Positions 53,601-64,000 of a DNA stretch of 64,000 nt are shown piece by piece. Location of the stretch: assembly GCF_001194135.2 (NCBI RefSeq), contig NC_068986.1, positions 38,856,273-38,920,272 of the forward strand. Direction: 5' to 3'. The DNA is from Octopus bimaculoides. Lineage: Eukaryota. The notes beneath the pieces are model-generated. The model was not told where the DNA came from. It was given only the letters and a program-made list of their open reading frames with translations, and searched no databases. A program made the translations under genes and the position numbers. Within the stretch, counting starts at the first letter, position 1; each line of letters begins with the position of its first letter.

Positions 53601-54859
53601 CCTCTCACCTCCCACCTCCCCCACTCAATACTGATTTTGGCCAATGTTTTTTTTGCACTACACACTTAAAACAATGGGAGAAGCCTTGAAAGTTAAAAAT
53701 AGAAAATAAAATTGTGAAATTACAATTCCTATTTCCTTTGTTTTCAAACAGAAAATGAAACGTAATTTACAAACAATAGTGGTATTTTTAAAAAAGTTTA
53801 CATTAACTCCATCCCCACCCTCATTAATCCTAAAATTTTGGCTTTCTTTTTTTTTTCAAAAAAAATTTGTTAATCATAATTTTACAATACAGACAGTCCA
53901 AATCTGCAATTTGTTTCTGTTTATAATTTCAAAATTATTTTCAGATGAAAAGGTAATTTAAGGGAGATTTAGCTGTTGTTTCTAGCATATCCCACAACCA
54001 CCTGGTACCTTCCTCATTTCTTTGACACTCTGACATGTTTTTCAATATTTTTCTCCCAATTTTATGAAATGATCATGCAGTAGTCCATTGTTGGGATTTA
54101 AGCAACAACAAAAAATTTTATTTACATTTTAAACACCACCCTACATCAAGCGAGCCTATGTACATGCATGTGTATGTGTGTGTGTGTAAGAAAAAACATA
54201 TTTACTGGCAGAAAAGTAGGCTATTAAAATAAATTATCTTTTACATGCCTTTTTAAAATCACATGCAGATACACACACACACTCAGCATGCACAACATAC
54301 TTTTATAAGGAATGAAAAAGTCTACCATTAGAAAAAAAGTGATAGAAACAGATTTTGAAATTTTAAAATGAAGTGAAAATGTTCAAATTTGGTATACTGA
54401 TGTACTTTTTCATGATAAATCTGAGTTTGTGATTCATTTATTCCAGAAAAATGTCAGAGATTTTAAAGTTTGATCATTTTTATCCAATCAGAAAACAGGA
54501 TTTGGAAGCTAAGCATTTTGTGCATGATAAGCTATATAGCATAAAATGAAAGTAAACATTAGAAGATGAAGGAGGTTTTAAACAAATTGAAAGCTATGTG
54601 TGAGAGTTGACACATACACAAAGAGAGTGAGTGTCAAAGAGTATGATAAATGCATAGAGAGATAGAGAGTGGGAGATTTGTCAATCTAAAAGCTGAGTTA
54701 TTTCTAGTAGCAAATTATATTTTATTATTATTTACAAATGATATAGTCTTCGGGATGTAGATTTCAAAAATCAAATTTGTTTTTATCGAAGATGCACCAC
54801 TTCAGAGCCTTTTTATGCTAAGCACACATAACTGCATACATTCACACTTATATACTCTC

Positions 54860-54911
<52 letters not shown>

Positions 54912-54916
<5 letters not shown>

Positions 54917-55843
54917 TCATTGTTTAACGTCTGCTTTCCATGCTGGCATGGGTCGGACGGTTTGACTGAGGACTGGCAAACCAGAAGGCTACACCAGGTT
55001 CAATCTGATCTGGCAAAGTTTCTACAGCTGGATGCCCTTCCTAATGCCAACCACTCTGAGAGTGTAGTGGGTGTTTTTACGTGCCACCGGCATGAGGGTC
55101 AGTCAAGCAGTTCTGGCAACAACCACGCTCAAAAGGTGTTTTTTTACGTGCTACCTGCACGGGAGCCAGTCCAGCTGCACTGGTAACGACCATGCTCGAA
55201 TGTTTTTCATGTGCCAGTAAGGCAATGCTGTCAATGATCATGCTCAAATGGTGCTTTTCACGTGTCACATGCACGGAGCCAATCCATGGCCCTGGCAACA
55301 ATCACGCTCAGATGTGCTTTTAACATTCCACTAGCACGAGTGCCAATCAGGTGATACTCTCATTGGCCACATCAGCGATTTTGATTTGTTGACACTTGCC
55401 TCAAGCAAAGCAAAGTTTATTGTCCAATGAATGAGGAGTATTCATAAGTGGGCTGGTTACACCCACTGGCATAGGCCATGGGCTATGGTCTCACTTGGCT
55501 TGTCGGGTCTTCTCAAGCACAGCATATCTCCAAAGATCTCAGTCACTAGTCATTGCCATGGTAAGGCCCAATGTTTGAAGGTTGTGTTTCACCACCTCAT
55601 CCCAGGTTTTCCTGGGTCTACCTCTTCCACAAGTTCCCTCAACTGCTAGGGTGTGACACTTTTTCACACAGCTATCCTCATTCATTCGCAACACATGACC
55701 ATACCGGTGCAGTTGTCCCTCTTGCACACCACATCTGATGCTTCTTAAATCCAACTTTTCTCTCAAGGCGTTACACTCTGTCATGTATGCACACTGACAT
55801 TACACATCCAGCAGAGCATACTGGTTTCATTCCTTGCAAGCTT
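54912..55843 (-). mobile_element. RTE LINE 3' fragment running into an N gap
   Basis: ORF 55539-55784 (RYGHVLRM...[15 protein letters not shown]) plus the UTR modules and tail. Confidence 0.85.
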
Positions 55844-56242
55844 NNNNNNNNNNNNNNNNNNNNNNNNNNNNNNNNNNNNNNNNNNNNNNNATATATATAT
55901 GCTGAGATTCCCCCTTCGGTCATGACTGACCATGGGATGGCACCTAGAAAGTTACCCTCCTAGGCACAATTCCAGGCAAGGTCGTTTTTATGGAAGACCA
56001 GAAGTCACCCATACATACCAGCCATCCCTCACAATGCCACTGATGTTATCCAAAGGAAAGGCAAAGGCTGATACAGCTTGGCACCAGTGACGTCGCAACT
56101 CATTTCTACAGCTGAGTGAACTGAAATAAAGTGTCTTGCTCAAGAACACAACACACAGCCCGTTCCGGGATTAAAACTCACAACCTCCCAATCATAAGCT
56201 CAATGCTCTAACCACTGAGCCATGTACCTTCACATGTATTAG

Positions 56243-56872
56243 GCTTCGTGCAAATTTATATTTCATAGCTCCTTAAAGCTATCATAACTGCGTTCCACCC
56301 ATGCTACTACTGGTGATATCATCAAATTTTGAATTTATCCACAGATGATATGAACAGTAGTGACATCTAACTTCAAATCTCAGTGTTTGGATATTTCATT
56401 TATATATTTTTACGCACCATGTGCTCTGATTTTAACGCAAAACAAAACCAGTTGCACAGTCAGAGACTAACGTGAACAGTCATGGATTTAAACTGGTAGT
56501 CCACACTGACGAGGCTCAAGGTTGAATAACCAAAAGCCGAAACCTGGTTTGTGGATATCCCTAATTGCATAATATTTTTATTTGTGCTGTTAAATGTTTT
56601 AATTCTTTCTGTTTTCCTCGCACACTGTTTTTCTCTGTTATATTGGTGTGCTACGGTGGATTATTTAAGACTGGGCTCTTATTTCTAGCAGGTAGATGCT
56701 CATTAAGCATCATTACGCTTCGTGCAAATTTATATTTCATAGCTCCTTAAAGCTATCATAACTGCGTTCCACCCATGCTACTACTGGTGATATCAAATTT
56801 TGAATTTATCCACAGATGATATGAACAGTAGTGACATCTAACTTCAAATCTCAGTGTTTGAATATTTCATTT

Positions 56873-56875
<3 letters not shown>
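56243..56875 (+). mobile_element. Hammerhead-bearing partial tandem (retrozyme-like or Penelope pseudo-LTR-like), period about 474 bp
   Basis: Direct repeats of about 160 bp at 56243-56404 and 56717-56875 differ by a 3-nt indel and few substitutions. They bracket the hammerhead, the unit looks non-coding, and it ends at a (TA)n tract. Confidence 0.65.
56501..56554 (+). ncRNA. Type I hammerhead ribozyme
   Basis: Reads CCACA-CTGACGA-GGCT...AGCC-GAAA-CCTGGT-T-TGTGG. Stem I is CCACA/TGTGG, the CUGANGA and GAAA cores are intact, stem II is GGCT/AGCC with an inner GGTT/AACC helix, and the GUU cleavage triplet sits at 56547-56549. Confidence 0.85.
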
Positions 56876-56923
<48 letters not shown>

Positions 56924-58397
56924 TACACACAATATCACTATAAATGCATACATATCTGCATATATGTAAATAAATATATGTACACATAAATAGATACCTT
57001 TATATACATAAGCACATTTGCATATCTACAAACATATATAGATACACATACCCAAATACATACGTATAATATACATTCACATTGTTTTAAGATCCACTTT
57101 TCCATACTTGCATGAGTCAGATTGAATTTGTTGAGGCGAATTTTCTACAGCCAAATGCCCTTCCTGTCACCAACCCTCACCTGTTTCCAAGCAAGGTAAT
57201 ATTTTTCCCTGGCCAGACATGTTTTCACACAAGATTGGAAACAAAGAACATCACCTGCATGAAGGTAACACACATATACATATTTGACAGGCTTCTTTTA
57301 GTCATTAGTCATTGGTGAGCCTGGGAAAGTCTGTCCAAGGTGCAATACAGTAGGACTGAAACCAAAACCATGTAATAGCCTGTCATGCTAGCATGGGTTG
57401 CACAATTTGACAGGAGTTGGCCAGGTAGACGACTACCCCAGGCTACTGTGTCTGTTTTTGCATGTGAGATGCCCTTTCGAACACCAACCAGCCCTCAGAG
57501 TGGACTGAGTGCTTTTTACAGGGCACCAACACAAGTGGTCAGTTTTGGTGTGGTCTTTACAGCCAGATGCTCTTCCAAATGCCAACCACTGCACAGTGTG
57601 GACTGAATGCCTTTTATGTGGTACCAGCAGGGTCACCAAGTAACTGGCAAAACAAGGAAATCAAAGAGGAGAGGGAGCACTGGAGGAGGTGATCTTGTGT
57701 CAGATGATGAAAGGTTAGAGTGTGACAGAGAGACAGAAACAGGTGTCTTGCTGTAGAAGAGGTACATAGTTACCCGGCTAGAGAGAGAGAGAGAGAGCAA
57801 GACAGAAAGAGAGAGGTAACAAGAAAGAGAACAGAAACATTTGCCAAAGAGGACCAAGTCCAAAACCACATGGTTCAGAAGCAAACTTCTCAATCACACA
57901 TCCTGCACCCACACACACACACACTTTGCCCGAAATGCCACTACATGTCAGCTTTAGCAAATGACCGTCTTCTATAGCTCCAAGCCAACAAAAGTATTGG
58001 GAGTAGATTTGGTATGTGGAAACTGAAAGAAACCTGTTGTGTGCACTTGTGTATAGAGGTAAGTGTATATGACATACATATATGTATGCTTGTATGGGTA
58101 TGCGAGTGTGTGGGTGAGTGTGTGTATGTCTGTCTCCTTGTCTTGACATTGCAAGTGTTGTAAATGCTATTCATTTCTAATAGCCTGCAACATGTCTGGC
58201 CACAGAAAAATATAAAAACATATATGTGTATACACAACAGACTTCCTTCAATTTCCATCAACCAAATCTATTCTCAAGGCTTTCGTCAACCTGGGACTAT
58301 AGCTGAAAACACTTGCCAAAAAGTGCCATACAGGAGGACCGAGTTCAAAACCACATGGTTCAGAAGTAAACTTCTCAATCACACAGCCATGCCTGCA

Positions 58398-58436
<39 letters not shown>

Positions 58437-58658
58437 CATAGTTGTGGCCAATGCCAGTATCACTGGCACCCATGCCGGTGGCACACAAAAAGCACCCATT
58501 ATGTTCTTGGAGTGGGAAGGACATCCAGAGGTAGAAACCATACTAAATCAGACTAGAACCTGGTGCAGCTCCCCAGCTTACCAATTTCAGTCAAACCATC
58601 TAACCCATGCCAGCATGGAAAGCAGATGCTAAATAATGATGATGATGATGATATATAT

Positions 58659-58694
<36 letters not shown>

Positions 58695-59902
58695 GTGTAT
58701 GTATGTGTGTATGTATGTACATATACGTATCTCTACATACATACGTACATGATCATGGCTGTTCACCCGTGACCAAGAAAGACCATCACTGACCATTGCC
58801 CTTGCAAAATGATAGCAATGTCTGAGCATAAGGTTATTTCACCTTCAGGTGGCTTCACCTGGGCTTGCACCCATAGCTTCCATGTTCATCTCCTACTCAA
58901 CCAGACATCGGAGGAGTCACCTTGACAGTGAGGCAGCATATTTACACACACACACAGAGTCTCTTGCTATTTCTGCTTCACAGGCCACATAACAGTGTTT
59001 TGCCTGGCCTTAGATTCTGGAACCTTAATCTCAAGGCATTTTCCTCTCAAAACCCATGCTCCTTTCAGCCTCAATTTACGACCCTAACATACACTTACCT
59101 TAACACCTCCTACAACACCCTGGACTGAATAGTAGGCATGGCTATGTGGTTAAGTTATTTTCTTCACAACCACATTGTTTCAGGTTCACTCCCCCACATA
59201 AACAACATCTGACAATGTCACTAATGCAGACATGCCTACACAAGCAGGTATGCACATGCATACACAATCAAATAAGTATTATTTGTATCATTTATATGCA
59301 CATGTGCAAAATATACGAGTCACATTTCTGTGTCACACACACACACACCTATAAGATATACACAAACACAATTAGTCCCACATGCATAAAAAAAATTACT
59401 CTTCGAGACAGGGCATAGTGGTTAGGGTGTTGCTTTCACGATTGCTAGATTAGGAGTTTGATTCCTAGACCAGGTAGCATGTTGTGTTTTTGAGCAAAAC
59501 TTCATTTCACATTGATCTAGCACTGTGTGGGGACTGGCATGTCAGAAAATAGACCCATTTCCTCTATGTGCTGTAAAAGGTGACCAAAAGAAGTTGAGAA
59601 AGGATTTGCAATCATCATCATCATCATCAGTTAACATCCATTGTCCATGCTCACATTGATCGGATGGTTTGACCGGGGCTGGCAAGCTGGAAGGCTGGAC
59701 CAGACTCCACCCTAATTTGACATGGTTTTTTACAGCTTGATGTCCTTCCTAATGCCAACTACTCCAAGAGTATAATGGGTGCTTTTATGTGCCACCGGCA
59801 TGGGTGCCATTTGTGTGACACCAGTATCTGCCACGAATGCAATTTTGCTCAGCTTCACAGATCTTCTTCTCAAGACAACATAATGCCTAAGATCTCAGTC
59901 AT

Positions 59903-60090
59903 TGCCTCCGTGAGGTCCAACACTTAAAAGGAACTCAGCCACTTCACCTCCATGAGACCCAATGCTCAAAAGGAAGTTAGCCACTTTGCCTCTGTGAGGC
60001 CTAACACTCAAAAGGAACTCGGCCACTTAGCCTCCGTGAGGCCCAATGCTCAAAAGGAACTCAGCCACTTTGCCTCCGTGAGACCCAATG
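59903..60090. repeat. 42-bp minisatellite, about 4.5 copies, derived from the RTE ORF2 end
   Basis: The CCTC(C/T) anchor recurs at 59905, 59947, 59989, 60031 and 60073. The unit reverse complement contains TTGGGCCTCACGGAGG, matching the RTE LGLTEA codons at about 38767. Confidence 0.9.
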
Positions 60091-63000
60091 CCAACTTGTA
60101 AAACTCTCACCAGCAATGACTACCTCAACAGACTCATGGGTTGGAGGGTTATCACCTGAGTGGTACAAAGGTGTCATCCACTGGTGGATGCAGCAATGCG
60201 CTATTACACTGCATGACCCCCATACTACTACAATTACTACATGACTCCCACACACACTAACACATATACAATCATGTAATACCTTGCATATGCTCTTATA
60301 TCTGAAAACCTTCCATTTAGCCCAATATTTAACTGCCAGTCATTCAACAGCCAGCTTGTACATAAACACATATCCACATACACATGCGCACAGTCTCACA
60401 TACAAATATGTCACAAAGAGAAACTATGCATGCACAAAAAAAACTACTTTTCCAAATCCCTCTTTCAGACACACACACAATCACACTTACACATATAAAC
60501 ACATACACACACTTTGCCTTGAATTCACTCTGTCTTCAAACACTTCACTTAGCCCACCATCCTACTTCTAACTCTGTATGTATTTTTCACTGAGATTGTT
60601 GGTGCCATGTAAAAAGCACTCAGTCCACTCTGTAAAGCGGTTGGTATTAAGGACATTCAGCCATACCCTGCCAAAACAGTGAAGCCTGGTGCAGTCTTCT
60701 GCCTAGCCTATGTCAAACTGCCAACCCATGCCAGCATGCAAAATGGATGTTAAATGATGATGATGATGGCACTTCTTTTTTCGGATTTTCTTCACCTTTT
60801 TTCCTCTCTTCCCATTCTACCTCAACTCCCCCCACCCAATAAAAACAATGGACTGGCCCCTGTGCAGGTGGCACGCAAAATACACCATTTTGAGCGTGGC
60901 CGTCACCAGTACCACCTGACTGGCCCTTGTGTCAGTGGAATGTAAAAGCACCCACTACACTCTCGGAGTGGTTGGCGTTAGGAAGGGCATCCAGCTGTAG
61001 AAACTCTGCCAAATCAGATTGGAGCCTGGTGTCGCCTTCTGGTCCACCAGTCTTCAGTCAAATCGTCCAACCCATGCTAGCATGGAAAGCGTACATTAAA
61101 CGACGATGATGATGTCATGTAACAACTCATTCTATTTCCAGTATCAAGCTAATAATTTTGATCATGAAACTTTTTTTTAGGGTTCCACCTGCAATATGTG
61201 TGTGTGTGTAAATATATATATATGAACATATATACATATATATTAATATACACACACACAACACATGCGTACCCACTAACTTCCATACAAATACAGTACA
61301 TGTGTGTGTGTGTGTGTGTGTGTGCAATCATCATTTAATGTCCATTTTCCATGCTGGTATGGGTTAGACAGTTTGACAGGAGCTGGTAAGTTAAGTAACC
61401 ACTCCAGGTTCCACTGTTTGTTTTGGAATGGTTTCTGCAGCTAACCACTTTACAGAATAATGTACTGAGTGCTTTTTATGTGGCACCAGTACTAACAGGT
61501 TGACCAAGCACCTTGCAAAATTTTTAAAAAAACCTTCAACTGGGAAAAGAGTAGTATTAAGGGGGTGTAGCTTTGTGCCAGTTCAGAGATCTAAGGTATA
61601 GAAAGGACAGATAAGGTGTCTCACAGTAGAGTAGATACAGGGATACCCCAGTTGGAAAACTTAAGATAGTGAGACAAAGAGAGTGATAGTGAGAGACATG
61701 AAGGCAAAGACATATCAGGACATGAATGTGTTTGTGTTTGCATTCCTATACACACACTCACACATACAAATATATACAGCTGTTTTCTTCTTTGACTTCT
61801 TATTTTCTTTGGTTTTTGCACAAGCTGAGTTTGTGTGTGTGTGTGTGTGTGTGTGTATTATCAACATCATTTAATGTTCATTGACCATGCTGGCATGGGT
61901 TGGATGGTGTGACCAGAGATGGCAAGCTGAGGAGCTGCACTAGATTCCTTTCTGATTTGGCATGCCCTTCCTAACATCAAATATATATTACTTATATTAT
62001 TATACATATTATATATACACATATGCATACATACATATATACATAGGAGCAAACATAGCTGTGTTAAGTTTCCTTCACAACTACATCATTTTGGGCTCAA
62101 TTACACTTGGCAGAATCAGTAGTAGAATCTGGTAGACAGAAACTTTACAGACCCCAATCAAACACACACACATTTTTTTTATATACATACACACATATAT
62201 ATACTTATGTTTGCTTTTACAGCCATTTTTACACCCATGAATTAGATGAAAATATTATTGAAACATTGTTTGAGGATAAGTGTGTGGCCCTTCCTGTAGC
62301 TAACCCTTACCTGTTTTTCAAGTAAGCAATCTCATATTCTATACAAACATCAAAGGTGCAAAGCAATCAGATGATTTGTTGTTGAGAACTGAAAACAATA
62401 ACAGTGACAGTGTTTCACAACTTTCATAAATGAAAACAGGATGTAAACAAACACAAAGACATACACAGGCATAAGCACACACACAAATACTCATGAGTAT
62501 TTTTTCAGGTTCCATTTACCAAGTCCACTCACAAGTCTTTAGTCAGCCTGAGGCTATAGTAGAAGAAACTTGCCCAAAGTATCATACAACAGAGAAATAT
62601 TGCCAGACACGTTTTTCATGGAAGGCCAGAAACAAACAACAATGCTTATATGACAGGATGCTCATCTACAATCATCATGTGATGTCAAGAAAAGAGTGCA
62701 CACAAAAACATACGACGGGCTTCTTTAAGTTTTTGTCAACCAAATCCACTCACAAGGTTTTGGTTGGCCCAGACTACCATAGAAAACACATGCCCAAGAA
62801 ATTAGATAGTGGAACTGACCCTGAGACCACATGGTTGGAAAACAACTTCCCAACAACACAGCTGTTTGATTCATTGTGAGTGTGTGTATGTTGGTGTCTC
62901 CTTGTCTTGACACTGTGTGATTGTTGTAAATTAATTTCTTTCATTTCCAATATTCTGCGAAAACATGCCTGGTTGTGGGGAAATATTACCATGTTTGGAA

Positions 63001-64000
63001 AAAGTAATGGCTGAAAACAGGAAGGCATCCAGCTGTAGCAAATTTGCCTCAATAAATTCCATCTGACCCATGCAAGCATGCCAAAGTGGATGTTGAAATG
63101 ATGAGGGCATGTGTGTGTTGTGTGCATTTAGAGAGAGAAAGAAACAAAGACAAAGAAAGAGCAAATTTTGAAAATTTTCTATAATCATAGACAAAATGAT
63201 TCTGTCAAAAGAACTTTCTGGAACAATTCCATGTTTTGCTCCTTTTACAAATAATATAGAAAATAAGTAATGAAAGAACAAATCTCTAGGCCCTCGAGTT
63301 CCTTGCATAGTTTCACAGCAAATAATACATGAATACTCTACATATCTAGCTCTATTTTCTCATTTGTTATAAAAATATTTATAAACTTAAAACTATAATG
63401 CTCAAGAATGTGGAAAAATCAATTTGTAACAAAGAAAACACCTTTGATATTTTACTCTAATTCAGAAGCTTATTTTTAGAAAAACTCTTAAATCCAGCAC
63501 TCAAGAGAAAGGGGATTTTATATTTACAATACTTTATAAAACGTATTTTAAGAAAGATTGCTTCATTAAAAATTCATTCAACAAGAAAAAAATTAAAGCT
63601 ACATTTTGAAAATGGAATATTTTTGTTTAATAAGCTTTACTTAGAAACTTAGTTGCCATAAATGTCACTAAGCAGATTAATATAATGCTTTTTTAATTAT
63701 AACTTAATACTAGTTAGGATCATTGAGTAATCTGAGTTGGGCTAATTATTAAGGGTTTATTATTAATTATATATGCAATGTGAATAACAAGTTGTCCATT
63801 TTCATTCAATATTAAAAAATATATTTATATTTTTTTATTGAAAAAACATGAACAAATAGTGAAATATGATAGGATGCCAATCAGGGAAAGAAAGATTCTC
63901 TATTTGAATGCACAGCACACAAATAGCTAAATTCTAAAGAGAAACCTTGAAATGAATATATGTTTCCTATATAATTTTAGCATAAAACTAGGATAGTTGG

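Overview
This is eukaryotic, AT-rich, repeat-dense DNA with several N gaps. The SINE/LINE families point to a coleoid cephalopod, probably Octopus (inference). Two spliced host genes face each other tail-to-tail, and I rebuilt both by hand with phase-consistent GT-AG junctions. On the + strand are the 3' six coding exons of inositol-pentakisphosphate 2-kinase (IPPK, 9884-20267). On the - strand are eight coding exons of the deubiquitinase OTUD5 (50277-26896), which carries a 25-residue polyQ tract. I could not find the 5' exons of either gene in this window. The remainder is introns filled with RTE LINE 3' ends (roughly 25 or more (GAT)n-tailed copies), tRNA-derived SINEs, and decayed Tc1, Chapaev-like, piggyBac, R4/Dong-like and CR1/Jockey-like elements. 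The best unexpected signal is a complete type I hammerhead ribozyme (56501-56554) inside a non-coding partial tandem of 474-bp period, an architecture typical of retrozymes or Penelope pseudo-LTRs. Other notable structures are a variable-number array of hairpin modules in the RTE 3' UTR and several long inverted repeats in introns. There is no prokaryotic system here (no CRISPR, no operon), and most long ORFs in the supplied track are artefacts of N runs.
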